A DNA stretch of 64,000 nt, taken from Gemmatimonadota bacterium. GTDB lineage: Bacteria > Gemmatimonadota > Gemmatimonadetes > Longimicrobiales > Gaopeijiaceae. The stretch is taken from assembly GCA_034521595.1 (NCBI GenBank), contig JAXHMG010000003.1:1024001-1088000 (forward strand). The letters are read 5' to 3'. Both the position numbers and the translations under genes were made by a program. The notes beneath the pieces are model-generated. The model had not been told where the DNA came from. It did no database searches and worked only from the letters and a program-made list of their open reading frames with translations. Shown here one piece after another: positions 28,749 to 39,375 of this stretch; the stretch's first letter is position 1, and every line of letters begins with the position of its first letter.

Positions 28749-29681
28749 GTGCAAAGCCTTCCGGGGGGACGATCTCCGTTGCTGCAGCGGCCCATCAAAG
28801 TGTTAGTGGTCGAGTCGGACCAGGAATACCACGACCATCTCGCGTCCGAGGTCGCCGAGTCGGATACGGCGGCGGTGACGCTCGAGTGGGTGGGGGAGTT
28901 GAGCCAGGCGCTGGCGCGCCTTACGCGCGGCGGGTTCGACGCCATCCTGTTGTCCCTCGACCTCCCCGACAGCGAAGGGATGGTCACCTTCGACCGAGCG
29001 TACGCATTCAGTCCCGACGTGCCCATCGTAGTGCTCACGGACGAACCGGACGAGGCTGCGGCGACGGCCACCGTCCAGGCCGGGGCTCAGGATTATTTGG
29101 TCAAGCACGAGATCACGACTTCCCTGCTGGTGCGGTCGCTTCGACACGCGGTGGAGCGTCACAGGCTCTTTTCCGCGCTCCGCAGTCTCTCGCTGATCGA
29201 CGACTTGACGGGGCTCTACAACCGGCGCGGATTCACCGACTTGGGTGAGCAGTATCTCAAGCTGGCTCGACGGTCCGGGCGCGGAGTGAGCATGGTGTAC
29301 GTCGACCTCGACCGGTTCAAGACCATCAACGACTCGCTCGGTCACCACGTGGGCGACCGGGCTCTGGCGAAGGTCGCCGACATCCTGCGTGCGACGTTCC
29401 GCAAGTCCGACATCATCGCACGGTTGGGGGGGGACGAGTTCGGCGTGCTCGCCCTGGAAGCTTCCGACGAGAGCTCGGAATCCCTGGTCGAGCGGTTGCG
29501 GGAAAGCGTCGCGGAGTTCAATCAGACCAGCCCCGATCCGTATCAGCTGGCCGTGAGCATCGGCATGGCGCGGCAGGAAGACGAGCCCGGCGTCCGGCTC
29601 GAAGACCTCGTCGCCGAGGCGGACAGCGCGATGTATCGCGAGAAGCACGAGAAGCGAGCAGCCGCTCTGAGGGGACGATGA
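28749..29681 (+). CDS. Diguanylate cyclase with degenerate receiver domain
   Basis: DDLTGLYNRR, RKSD I-site, GGDEF; receiver phospho-Asp position reads LLSLDLP. Confidence 0.92.
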   Translation: MQSLPGGRSPLLQRPIKVLVVESDQEYHDHLASEVAESDTAAVTLEWVGELSQALARLTRGGFDAILLSLDLPDSEGMVTFDRAYAFSPDVPIVVLTDEPDEAAATATVQAGAQDYLVKHEITTSLLVRSLRHAVERHRLFSALRSLSLIDDLTGLYNRRGFTDLGEQYLKLARRSGRGVSMVYVDLDRFKTINDSLGHHVGDRALAKVADILRATFRKSDIIARLGGDEFGVLALEASDESSESLVERLRESVAEFNQTSPDPYQLAVSIGMARQEDEPGVRLEDLVAEADSAMYREKHEKRAAALRGR

Positions 29682-31807
29682 GCGAACGGGGCGCGGAGAC
29701 CAAGAACCAGGATCGATCCAACGTCACTGCGGTACACTGGCTCGTGCGGATCGCGGAGCGCGCCGGCTACGGCGACCACGAGCGTCCCGAGATACCCGCG
29801 AGCAGTCGGGCTTCGGAAGCGTGGGGAGATGTCGCCCGTGCCTATGGCCTGAGCGACGGGGCGTTGGCCGAGTTGGTGGCGGAGTATTTCCGGTTGAACG
29901 TGGCCAAGCTCGATCGTGCCGATCCCAATGCCGCGCTGTTGATCCCGGAAACGATGGCGCGGAAGCACCATGTCTACCCGATCGTCGACGACGATCGGCA
30001 CCTCGTCGTCGCGACCTGCGATCCCACGGACGTCGAAGCCGAGCGCGCGCTCGGCTTCAGCACGGGCAGGACCCCGCTCTTCGAGGTCGCCTCCCCCAGC
30101 GTGATTCAGGACGCCCTCGACCAACGTTTCTCACCCGAGCAGGCCGTGGACGCTCTGCTCGGCGGGCTCGGGGATGACGTGAGCGAGGATGCGGTCCGGC
30201 TGGTGGAAGAGCTGGGCCCGGAGTCCATCAGCCAGGACGACGTCACGGCCACGCCCGTGGTCAAGCTGACCAACCTGATCATCCGCGACGGCATCGGGCA
30301 GGGGGCCAGCGACGTGCACATCGAGCCGGGTCGAAGGATGGGCGCGGTCCGGTATCGGGTCGACGGCGTGCTGCGCAAGCACATGGACCTTCCGATGGCC
30401 GCGCTGAACCGCGTGATCTCGCGGATCAAGGTGCTTTCCAAGCTCGATATCGCGGACCGCCTCCGCCCGCAGGACGGGAAAGCCCGGGTCCAGGTGCGAG
30501 GTCGCGCGTACGACCTGCGGGTGTCGACCATTCCGGCCGGCGGCGCGGAGAAGTGCGTCATCCGGGTGCTCGACTCCAGCGCCTCGCTCTCCCTCGACGA
30601 CCTCGACCTACCGAAGAAGGAGCTCGAGCGCTTCCGTGAACTCCTCGCGTACCGAGACGGGATCCTGGTCGTGACAGGTCCGACCGGATCCGGTAAGACG
30701 ACCACGCTCTACGGTGGGTTGCGCGAGCTCGCCGACGGAAAAGTCAATATCATGACCGTCGAGGACCCGATCGAATACGAGCTCGCGGGCGTGACGCAGA
30801 CGCAGGTCCAGACCAAGCAGGGCATGACGTTCGCGGGTGCGCTGCGGGCGATGCTGCGCCAGGATCCGGACGTGATCCTCGTCGGTGAGATCCGGGACAA
30901 GGAGACCGCCGTGACGGCGGCCCAAGCGGCCATGACCGGTCACTTGGTGCTCACCACCGTGCACGCCAACGACGCGGTGAGCACGGTCGCGCGCCTCGCC
31001 GATCTCGGGCTCCAGTTCAGCACGATCTCGCAGACGCTTCGCGGCTCCGTGGCGCAGAGGCTGATACGCCGGGTATGCCCGGCGTGCGCGGAGCCCGTGC
31101 GGGGTCAGCTCACGCCCGACGAACAGCGCTTGACCGAGCGGCACGGCATCGAGCCCGTGGTGCGGGCCGTGGGCTGCCCCGAGTGCGGGTTCACGGGTTA
31201 TCGCGGACGTCTTCCGGTCAACGAGGTGCTCGTGGTGGGGCCTCGGGTGCAGCAGGCGATCGAGCAACGAAAAGGGTGGTCGACGCTCCAGCGGATCGCC
31301 GTTCAGGGCGGCATGCGCACCCTGCACGAGGTGGGGCTCGAGTGGGTGACCCAGTCGCGGACCACCCTGGTCGAGATCGAACGCGTGTTGGGTCAGCAGA
31401 TCGAAGACACGCCGGACGAGGCGGACTCCGGACCAGCGCGCATCCTGTTGGTGGACGACGACGAACAGGCGCGACTGCTGATGCGCACGCTGTTCGAGAA
31501 CGAAGGCTATGAGGTCTACGATGCGGAAGACGGGTATAAGGCCTTGGATATCCTGAAGGACGACCAGAATTTCCGGCTCGTGGTGCTCGATCTCGCCATG
31601 CCCGGGATGGATGGCCGCCAGGTACTCGATCAGATTCGAGGGTCCGTGGAGACGGCGGCACTACCGGTGCTGATTCGAACCGGCACGGGAAGCGACAAGC
31701 TGGAAGCCGAGCTTCTCAACGCGGGTGCGGACGACTACGTCGACAAGTCGGTGGATGCCGAACGGTTTCTCGCGCGCGTGGAGGCCGTCATGCGACGGGC
31801 GATCTGA
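29678..31807 (+). CDS. GspE/PilB-family ATPase fused to a C-terminal receiver domain
   Basis: ASDVHIEP, GPTGSGKTT, RQDPDVILVGEIRD, CPAC/CPEC, then ILLVDDD..VLDLAMPGMDG..DDYVDK. Confidence 0.92.
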   Translation: MSERGAETKNQDRSNVTAVHWLVRIAERAGYGDHERPEIPASSRASEAWGDVARAYGLSDGALAELVAEYFRLNVAKLDRADPNAALLIPETMARKHHVYPIVDDDRHLVVATCDPTDVEAERALGFSTGRTPLFEVASPSVIQDALDQRFSPEQAVDALLGGLGDDVSEDAVRLVEELGPESISQDDVTATPVVKLTNLIIRDGIGQGASDVHIEPGRRMGAVRYRVDGVLRKHMDLPMAALNRVISRIKVLSKLDIADRLRPQDGKARVQVRGRAYDLRVSTIPAGGAEKCVIRVLDSSASLSLDDLDLPKKELERFRELLAYRDGILVVTGPTGSGKTTTLYGGLRELADGKVNIMTVEDPIEYELAGVTQTQVQTKQGMTFAGALRAMLRQDPDVILVGEIRDKETAVTAAQAAMTGHLVLTTVHANDAVSTVARLADLGLQFSTISQTLRGSVAQRLIRRVCPACAEPVRGQLTPDEQRLTERHGIEPVVRAVGCPECGFTGYRGRLPVNEVLVVGPRVQQAIEQRKGWSTLQRIAVQGGMRTLHEVGLEWVTQSRTTLVEIERVLGQQIEDTPDEADSGPARILLVDDDEQARLLMRTLFENEGYEVYDAEDGYKALDILKDDQNFRLVVLDLAMPGMDGRQVLDQIRGSVETAALPVLIRTGTGSDKLEAELLNAGADDYVDKSVDAERFLARVEAVMRRAI

Positions 31808-31940
31808 GCGGCAGCGTGGAGGCGCATGGCCCTCGAAGGGGGAGCCGCCGCCATTCGGAAAAGGACCTTGCGGGAACGTGACCGTTTCGTGACAATCGGC
31901 CCGACCTCGCTTCCTGCGGGCTTCCACCCCCAAGGCGAAC

Positions 31941-32996
31941 GTGACTCACCGGACTCTATTCCTCTGCATGCTCGCCGCCGTCACGGCCCCTTCCTGCGTG
32001 GACGGACAAAACGTGTCCGACCCGGTCACGGTCACCACCGACGCCCTCGAGCTCGAGCTCGGAGGGCGGTTGCACACACAGCTGAACACCACGTCCGTCG
32101 ACGGCGAGCCCGCGTCCCGATTGCTCATTCGGCGGGCGCGTGTCGAGCTCGGTGTGCAGCTCCCCAACGGGATCAGCGGCGCGATTCAGCCGGAGTTCGG
32201 GAACGGGGGGGTGAGTCTGAAGGACGCGTACGTGGAGATGGAGGTGTCGCCCACCCTCGCTCTCCGGGCGGGGAGCACCTACCGGCCCTTCGGGCTCCTC
32301 GAGCAAACGAGCTCCAAACGGATCTTGCCGGTGGAACGGGGGCTCCGGGTGCGTGGTCTCGCGGCGTGGGACGAGTACGCGGTCCTCAACAGCCTCGATT
32401 ACAGCGATCGCGACGTCGGGCTCGTATTGTTGGGGGCTCCGAGTGAGGACGTCGACGTCACCGCAGGCGTGTTCCGCGGACCGCTCCACGGACAGGTCGG
32501 TGCTAATTCCAGCTACCAGTACGTGGCCCGGGTGCGTGGGCGGACGGCGGAGGATCTCTGGATCGGCACGGCGTGGAGCAGCCGGCATTTCGTCGTCGGT
32601 GCCGGCCCCGAGCTCGAGCGTGGCCACGCGTTCGAGATCGACCTGGAATACGGAAGCTTCACACCCGGTTGGCACGCGCTCGCCGAGGTGGCGTTCGGCG
32701 ATGCCGATCAGGTCGCGGACGCAAACTTCCACGGGGGACACGCCTGGATCGCATACCGCACCGAGCCGTCGGAGGGGCGGGGCGTGATGCTCGAGCCGCT
32801 CCTGCGCCTCAGCCATGCCGACGTGGGCATCGGCCAGCAGCCACTCACACCGCCCGGCGGGACACTGCTCACCCCGGGGGTCGCCGTGTACTTCGGGCCG
32901 GCGAACAGGATCGCTGTCAACTACGATCTCTGGTGGGGCGGACGGGACAGCGAGGATGCGAGCAGCTTCAAGGTCATGTTTCAGATGGGATTCTGA
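31941..32996 (+). CDS. Porin (OprO/OprP-like)
   Basis: Signal peptide, IRRAR, LKDAYV, RDVG, terminal Phe. Confidence 0.75.
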   Translation: MTHRTLFLCMLAAVTAPSCVDGQNVSDPVTVTTDALELELGGRLHTQLNTTSVDGEPASRLLIRRARVELGVQLPNGISGAIQPEFGNGGVSLKDAYVEMEVSPTLALRAGSTYRPFGLLEQTSSKRILPVERGLRVRGLAAWDEYAVLNSLDYSDRDVGLVLLGAPSEDVDVTAGVFRGPLHGQVGANSSYQYVARVRGRTAEDLWIGTAWSSRHFVVGAGPELERGHAFEIDLEYGSFTPGWHALAEVAFGDADQVADANFHGGHAWIAYRTEPSEGRGVMLEPLLRLSHADVGIGQQPLTPPGGTLLTPGVAVYFGPANRIAVNYDLWWGGRDSEDASSFKVMFQMGF

Positions 32997-33203
32997 GCCC
33001 GATCCCGCTCCCGCCGGACGGAACCCCGTCCTCGATCGTGGACTATGACCGCGGAACGCGTTCCCATCCACTCTCGGACCGGTGGCACGCGTGATTGACA
33101 CGGTCTCCCGTGCGGGGCAGCTTTACGCGCTGTGATCCTCGGGTGAGCCACCTTCGCCCACAGGCCCCAAGGGGCCTGCTTCCTCGTCGAACCCACGCTA
33201 CTC

Positions 33204-34844
33204 ATGTTCAAGACGGTCAGGGGTCGGATCATCGCCATCCTCCTCATCATTGGGGTCGCCGGATGGCAACTCTACGCCAGGGGGCTCAAGCTCGGGCTCG
33301 ATCTGCAGGGGGGGATGCACCTCGTGCTCGAGGTCGACGACCCCGAGGGCACCATGACGGACGAAGCCAAGTCCGACATGATCGACCGGATCGACCGGAT
33401 CATCCGCACCCGGATCGACGAGCTGGGCGTGGAGGAGCCACTGATCCAGAAGGTCGGTGGAGACCGGCTGATCGTCGAGCTGGCCGGTCTCAGCGACGAA
33501 GAGCGCGCGAAGGATATCGTGCGCCGCAACGCGTACCTCGAGTTCAAGCTGGTGGTGCCCACCGGTGAGCTCGAGCAGGCGCTTCCACGTATCGACCGAT
33601 CGATCGTGACGGCGCTCGGCGTCGATTCGATCCGAGCGATGGGGCGCGACGTCAGCCAGGAGGGTCCGGACGTCGAACAGCTCCTGTTCGGAGGTGACAC
33701 GGCGTCGGAAGCCGATACCGGGCAGGTCGCGGACACGACCGCCCAGCCGGACTCCGCTCAGGAGTCGGACGAGCTTTCGGAAGAGGAGGCCCTCCGACCG
33801 TTCTCATCGCTCCTCAGCTTCGGGGACACGGAAGGGACGTTCCTCGTCGCGTCCGAGGACAGGGAAATCGTAGACTACTTCCTGTCACTCCCCGAAGTGC
33901 AGCGTGCGCTGCCACGGGACCAGACGCTTCACTGGGGATCCGACATCATCTCCCGTGGGGCGCGTAGCTATCGGCGACTCTTCGTTCTCGAGGAAGAGCC
34001 GTTCCTGACGGGCGCGGAGCTCGAAGACGCCACGGCGGGGCGCGACCAGCAGTTCAACCAGTCCCAGGTTCAGTTCGAGCTGTCACGCGCCGGAGGACGG
34101 CAGTTCCAGCAGTTCAGCGGCGCGCACGTCGGGGACTACCTCGCCATCGTGCTCGACGGCGAGGTCATGAGCGCGCCGGTCATTCGGGACCGCATCGGGG
34201 CCCGTGGCCAGATCGACATGGGCGCGAACACGCCGATGGAGCAAGCCCGGGACCTCGCGCTGGTGCTCCGCGCCGGCGCGCTTCCCGCCCAGGTGAACAT
34301 CATCGAGGAGCGCACCGTCGGTCCTTCGCTCGGCCAGGATTCCGTCAACCAGGGCCAGATGGCGGGAATCATCGGGATCCTCGCCGTGATCGGCATCATG
34401 ATGGTTTATTACCGGATGGCCGGGATCCTCGCCGTCGGGGCGCTCGCCGTGTACGTCGTGCTGGTGCTCGGTGGGTTGGCCGGGCTCGGGGCCACGCTGA
34501 CCTTGCCGGGGATCGCGGGGCTCATCCTCTCCATCGGCATGGCGGTGGACGCGAACGTCCTCATCTTCGAGCGGATCCGGGAGGAATTGACGGCCGGCCG
34601 GGCCACGCGCACGGCCGTCGACGAGGGCTTCGGTCACGCGCTCTCGGCCATCGTGGACGCCAACATCACCACGCTCATCACCGCCCTCATCCTGTTCCAG
34701 TTCGGGACCGGCCCGGTGCGAGGGTTCGCGGTTACGCTCTCCATCGGTATCGTGGCGTCGTTCTTCTCCGCGCTGTACGTGACGCGGACCCTCTTCCTGA
34801 TCTATCTGTCCGGCAAGAAGGCGTCGGATCCGATCAGCATCTGA
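33204..34844 (+). CDS. secD: Protein translocase subunit SecD
   Basis: LGLDLQGG, GVEEP, VGPSLG, GMAVDANVLIFERIREE. Confidence 0.97.
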   Translation: MFKTVRGRIIAILLIIGVAGWQLYARGLKLGLDLQGGMHLVLEVDDPEGTMTDEAKSDMIDRIDRIIRTRIDELGVEEPLIQKVGGDRLIVELAGLSDEERAKDIVRRNAYLEFKLVVPTGELEQALPRIDRSIVTALGVDSIRAMGRDVSQEGPDVEQLLFGGDTASEADTGQVADTTAQPDSAQESDELSEEEALRPFSSLLSFGDTEGTFLVASEDREIVDYFLSLPEVQRALPRDQTLHWGSDIISRGARSYRRLFVLEEEPFLTGAELEDATAGRDQQFNQSQVQFELSRAGGRQFQQFSGAHVGDYLAIVLDGEVMSAPVIRDRIGARGQIDMGANTPMEQARDLALVLRAGALPAQVNIIEERTVGPSLGQDSVNQGQMAGIIGILAVIGIMMVYYRMAGILAVGALAVYVVLVLGGLAGLGATLTLPGIAGLILSIGMAVDANVLIFERIREELTAGRATRTAVDEGFGHALSAIVDANITTLITALILFQFGTGPVRGFAVTLSIGIVASFFSALYVTRTLFLIYLSGKKASDPISI

Positions 34845-34854
34845 CGAGATATTC

Positions 34855-35817
34855 ATGAGAATCTTTGCCGCCGCCGCCTTCCGCTTCATCGAAGCGCGCA
34901 AGAAGGCCTATATCATCTCGGGCGTGATCCTGGTCGCGGGAATCGCGGGCATGGTGACGAACGTGGCCACCTTGGGAAGCTGGCAGCAGTACGGCGTCGA
35001 CTTCACGGGTGGGTCGCTCGTGCAGCTACGGTTCGACGGGGACGTCACGGCCGCCGACCTCCGGGCGGCTCTGGGAGGTGTGGAAGCCCCGCCGATCACA
35101 CGCTTCGGCAGTGACAACGAGTTCGTGATCCGCGCACCGGTCGCCGAGGATGCGTCCATCACGGAAGTGGCGGACCGCATCGAGGCGCAGGTCCGGCAGG
35201 AGATGCCGAACGAGCCGTTCGAGGTCGTGCGAACCGAGTTGGTCGGTGCGCAAGTCGGGGAGGAGCTGCAGCAGAAGGCGGCCTTCGCCATCCTGTTCTC
35301 CTTCGTGGCGACGTTGCTTTACCTGGCGATCCGTTTCGAGCTGCGCTTCGGGGTGGCCGCGGTGATCGCCACGCTCCACGATATCATGGTGACGCTCGGG
35401 TTCTTGGCGCTCTTCCGCGTGGAGATCTCGCTCACCACGGTGGCCGCGCTGCTCACGATCGTCGGTTATTCCCTGAACGACACGATCGTCGTGTTCGACC
35501 GCATCCGCGAGAACATGAAGATGAAGGGGGCTCGGAAGCGCGAGCCGATCGATCTTGTCAACCAGTCGATCAACGAGACACTCCCGCGCACGGTCCTCAC
35601 GTCGGGCACGACGTTGGCGGTGCTCTTCTGCCTGCTCGTCCTCGGGGGGGCCGTCATCCGTGACTTCACCGTGGTGCTGATCCTCGGGGTGGCCATCGGA
35701 ACCTACTCCTCGGTGTTCGTGGCTTCGCCGGCGCTCATCGAGATCCAGCAGCGCTGGGGAATGGGGACGCTGGGGACCGACAAGAAGAAGAAGCGTCCTC
35801 AGCCCGCGACGGTGTGA
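34855..35817 (+). CDS. secF: Protein translocase subunit SecF
   Basis: GVDFTGG, GYSLNDTIVVFDRIRE, GTYSS. Confidence 0.97.
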   Translation: MRIFAAAAFRFIEARKKAYIISGVILVAGIAGMVTNVATLGSWQQYGVDFTGGSLVQLRFDGDVTAADLRAALGGVEAPPITRFGSDNEFVIRAPVAEDASITEVADRIEAQVRQEMPNEPFEVVRTELVGAQVGEELQQKAAFAILFSFVATLLYLAIRFELRFGVAAVIATLHDIMVTLGFLALFRVEISLTTVAALLTIVGYSLNDTIVVFDRIRENMKMKGARKREPIDLVNQSINETLPRTVLTSGTTLAVLFCLLVLGGAVIRDFTVVLILGVAIGTYSSVFVASPALIEIQQRWGMGTLGTDKKKKRPQPATV

Positions 35818-36626
35818 CTGGCTACTTCGACACCCACTGCCACCTGACCGACGCCGCTTTCCAGGACGATCGGGAGGCCGTGTTCGACAGGGCCTCCGAG
35901 GCGGGGGTGGACCGGATGGTGACCATTGCGTCCACCGTGGCCGACGCGGCGGACGCCGTGGCCCTGGCCGATTCGCGTCCGGGGCTATGGTGCACGGCGG
36001 GGGTGCACCCTCACGAAGCGGGTGAAGCGGCTCCGGACGCAGTGAGTCGTGTTCGAGAGCTCGCCGGGGAGAACGAGGTCGTGGTGGCCGTCGGTGAGAC
36101 GGGGTTGGACTATCACTACGACAACGCGCCCCGCCCGGTTCAACGGAGGCTGTTCGCCGGACACTTGGCGCTCGCGGCCGACCTCGATCTTCCCGTGGTC
36201 GTGCACGCTCGCGAGGCCGACCGGGACGTGGCCGCGGCGCTCCGGGACATGCCCGCGAGGACTCGCGGCGTGCTGCATTGCTTCACCGGTGGAGAGCGCG
36301 CCTTCGAGGAGGCGATGCGTGCCGACTGGTATGTGTCGTTTTCGGGTATCGCCTCCTTCAAGAGCTTCGCCGCGGCCGACCTCCTGCGCGAGGTTCCGGT
36401 CGACCGGCTCCTGATCGAAACGGACGCTCCCTACCTCTCGCCGGTACCGCTCCGAGGTCGGCGCAACGAGCCGGCACACCTCCCGCACGTGGCGCGCGCC
36501 GTGAGTGAGCGTTTGGGTTGGGGGCAGGCCGAGCTGGCGGAGGTGACCTGGCGGAACGGCTGCCGGTTCTACGGCCTCCCGGAGGCCGAGGAGGTCGGCC
36601 GGGGAGAGCCCGGGTCCGAGGCATGA
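35814..36626 (+). CDS. tatD: TatD family DNase
   Basis: DTHCHL, GVHPH, GETGLD, HCF, ETDAPY. Confidence 0.93.
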   Translation: MTGYFDTHCHLTDAAFQDDREAVFDRASEAGVDRMVTIASTVADAADAVALADSRPGLWCTAGVHPHEAGEAAPDAVSRVRELAGENEVVVAVGETGLDYHYDNAPRPVQRRLFAGHLALAADLDLPVVVHAREADRDVAAALRDMPARTRGVLHCFTGGERAFEEAMRADWYVSFSGIASFKSFAAADLLREVPVDRLLIETDAPYLSPVPLRGRRNEPAHLPHVARAVSERLGWGQAELAEVTWRNGCRFYGLPEAEEVGRGEPGSEA

Positions 36627-38395
36627 CCCGCCGCATTCGGATCCTGCCCGACGCCGTGGCGAACCAGATCGCCGCCGGCGAAGTGGTGGAGCGGCCGGCG
36701 TCCGTGGTCAAGGAGTTGGTCGAAAACGCCGTGGATGCGCGAGCGGGCCGCGTGGAGATCGCGGTCGAACGGGGCGGGAAGCGAAAGATCCGCGTCACGG
36801 ACGACGGCGTCGGGATGGGACGCGAGGACGCGTTGCTGTGCTTCGATCGCCATGCGACCAGCAAGATCGAGCATGCGGAAGATCTGCGGGGTGTGCGCAC
36901 GTTCGGCTTCCGCGGCGAAGCGCTTCCGTCGATCTCCGCCGTGAGCCGTCTGACGCTGGAGACCCGCACGGATGAGGACGAGGTCGGTACGCGGGTGACG
37001 AGCGCGAGTGGGCAGATCAACCATGTTTCCGACCTGGCACGTCGGTCCGGTACCACGGTCGAGGTCGACAACCTGTTCTTCAACGCACCCGCGCGCGCCA
37101 AGTTTCTGAAGGCGGTGTCGGCGGAGACGCGTGCCGTGAGTGACGCGGTGACGCAACTGGCGCTCGCGAACCCGCACGTGACCTTCGTCCTGACGTCGGA
37201 TGAGCGTGTCCTTCTGGAGCTCGAAGGAACGTCCGACGCCGGAGGGCGGATCGCCCAGGTCTGGGGCTCGGAGGCGGCCGCGACCCTGATCGGCATCTAC
37301 GGGGAGGAAGGCGGATTCGAGATCCGGGGATTGGTTCAACGGCCGGACGCCGCCAAGCCGGGTGTGCGGCGCAGCTTTCTGGCCGTGAACGGGCGACCGT
37401 TCCGCGCCTCCGAGCTCGGGAATGCAGCGCTCCGGGGCTACCGCACGACGATCGCAGAAGGTCTTCGCCCCTGGACGTTCCTCTACCTGACGGTACCCGA
37501 CGGGGAAGTGGACGTGAACGTCCATCCGGCGAAGGCCGAGGTTCGTTTTCGCGACTCCGCTCGGGTCGAAGCGCTCGTCGAAGGCGCGGTGCGGTCGGCG
37601 ATGGAAGGGGACGAGAGCGGCGCACGATTCGAGCAAGCCTCGGCTGTCCCGGCCCTCCGAGTCCACGAGCCACGCGGTCGGGAAGCCCGCCCGGAGCGAG
37701 AGCGCCGAGGCACCGAGCAGCAGATCGCGCTCTTCACGACCGGTCCCACGGAGGAGCGGTCCTCGGACGCTTCGGACGAGCACGCGCCCGGCACGGCTGC
37801 ACCCGATCCGCGGAGCGGCGCCCGCCCACGCCTCTGGCAGGTGCTCGACACGTACGTGTTCGCCGAGACCCGGGACGGCGTCGTCATCGTCGATCAGCAC
37901 GCGGCGCACGAGCGCGTCCTCTTCGAGCGCCTGCTGGACGCATACGAGCGGGGGGGGCAAGAAGGGCAGCGCCTTCTCTTTCCGCTCACGCTCAAGCTGA
38001 CCGCTCCCGAGCTCCAGTGCGTCGAGGACCTCCGGGGGCTCCTCGAGCGGGCGGGCTTCGAGGTCGAGGGATTCGGTGGCGATACGGTGATCGTGCATGC
38101 GGTGCCCAACCCGCATCGCTATTTCGACGCGGAGCGCGCGTTTCGAGAGATGGTCGACGAGCTGACGCACGGCTCCGAGCTCGTGCGCTCGGCGAGAAAT
38201 CAACATGAGCGCATCGCCATGACGTTCGCCTGCAAGAGCGCGATCAAGGCCGGACAGCGCCTGAGCGAGGACGAGATGCAGGAGCTGTTCGACCAGCTCT
38301 TCGCGACTCGCATGCCCCAACACGACGTGCACGGACGTCCGACCGTCGTCCGCCTGTCCGCAGCGGAGCTCTCACGCAAGTTCGGTCGGACGTGA
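36623..38395 (+). CDS. mutL: DNA mismatch repair endonuclease MutL
   Basis: QIAAGEVVERPASVVKELVEN, GFRGEAL, DVNVHPAK, DQHAAHER. Confidence 0.97.
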   Translation: MTRRIRILPDAVANQIAAGEVVERPASVVKELVENAVDARAGRVEIAVERGGKRKIRVTDDGVGMGREDALLCFDRHATSKIEHAEDLRGVRTFGFRGEALPSISAVSRLTLETRTDEDEVGTRVTSASGQINHVSDLARRSGTTVEVDNLFFNAPARAKFLKAVSAETRAVSDAVTQLALANPHVTFVLTSDERVLLELEGTSDAGGRIAQVWGSEAAATLIGIYGEEGGFEIRGLVQRPDAAKPGVRRSFLAVNGRPFRASELGNAALRGYRTTIAEGLRPWTFLYLTVPDGEVDVNVHPAKAEVRFRDSARVEALVEGAVRSAMEGDESGARFEQASAVPALRVHEPRGREARPERERRGTEQQIALFTTGPTEERSSDASDEHAPGTAAPDPRSGARPRLWQVLDTYVFAETRDGVVIVDQHAAHERVLFERLLDAYERGGQEGQRLLFPLTLKLTAPELQCVEDLRGLLERAGFEVEGFGGDTVIVHAVPNPHRYFDAERAFREMVDELTHGSELVRSARNQHERIAMTFACKSAIKAGQRLSEDEMQELFDQLFATRMPQHDVHGRPTVVRLSAAELSRKFGRT

Positions 38396-39375
38396 CGCAG
38401 CCCGCGGACGGCCTTCGCCCGCGGTTTCTGGCCGTCGTCGGGCCGACCGCTTCGGGAAAGACGGAGCTGTCGACGGCTCTGGCGGACCGACTCGATCTCG
38501 AGGTCGTTTCGGTGGATTCCCGGCAGGTCTACCGCGGCATGGACATCGGCACGGACAAGGTCGCGCCCGACGTGCGCGCCGCGATCCCGCACCACGGGCT
38601 CGACCTCGTCGATCCGTCGGAACGGTACTCCGCCGGACGCTTCGCGCGGGAGGCCCGGCACTGGATCGAGGCCATCGAGGCCCGGGGGCGGCTTCCGGTG
38701 CTCGTCGGGGGCACGGGTTTCTTCCTGAAGGCGTTGATCGACCCGATCTTCGATGAACCGGACCTCGACCCGGCGCGACGCACCCGTCTCCGGGCCTTCC
38801 TCCGTGAACAAGCCAGCGAGCGGCTGGAATCATGGGTCCGGATTCTCGACCCTGACCGGGCGCCCGTGGCGGTGGAAGGCGGGACGCAACGCATGACTCG
38901 GACGCTGGAAGTGGCCCTGCTGACGGGGCGCCCGCTGTCCTGGTGGCACCGGTCCGCGCCACGGGAAGGCGATCCCGTCGAGGGCGTGATCGTCGTGCCG
39001 CACGTGCCCCGCCCCGAGCTCGATCGGCGTATCGATGCGCGGGTCGCCCGGATGTTGGAGCGCGGGCTCGTGGAGGAGGTGCGTGGCCTTCTCGAAGCAG
39101 GGTACACGGCTGACGACCCGGGGATGAGCGCCACCGGATACCGGGAGATCGTGGCATACTTGAACGGGGAGATGACGTTGGATGAAGCGGGAGAAGCAAT
39201 CCGAGCCGCGACGCGGCGGTTCGCGCGTCGACAGATGACGTGGTTCCGGCACCAACTGCCCGCGCATGCGGTCGAGGTGGACGGGACGGCGCCCCTGGCG
39301 GAGCGCGTCGACTACGTGCTCTCGGCGTGGCGAGACGCACGAGAACGGGGATCCACGGCCGGAGGTACGGCATGA
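38392..39375 (+). CDS. miaA: tRNA dimethylallyltransferase
   Basis: GPTASGKT, DSRQVYRGMDIGTDK, VGGTG, ARRQMTWFR. Confidence 0.97.
   Translation: MTQPADGLRPRFLAVVGPTASGKTELSTALADRLDLEVVSVDSRQVYRGMDIGTDKVAPDVRAAIPHHGLDLVDPSERYSAGRFAREARHWIEAIEARGRLPVLVGGTGFFLKALIDPIFDEPDLDPARRTRLRAFLREQASERLESWVRILDPDRAPVAVEGGTQRMTRTLEVALLTGRPLSWWHRSAPREGDPVEGVIVVPHVPRPELDRRIDARVARMLERGLVEEVRGLLEAGYTADDPGMSATGYREIVAYLNGEMTLDEAGEAIRAATRRFARRQMTWFRHQLPAHAVEVDGTAPLAERVDYVLSAWRDARERGSTAGGTA

Noticed and set aside
33095-33123. TTGACA upstream of secD
   Set aside because: No convincing -10 at proper spacing, so not listed as a promoter.
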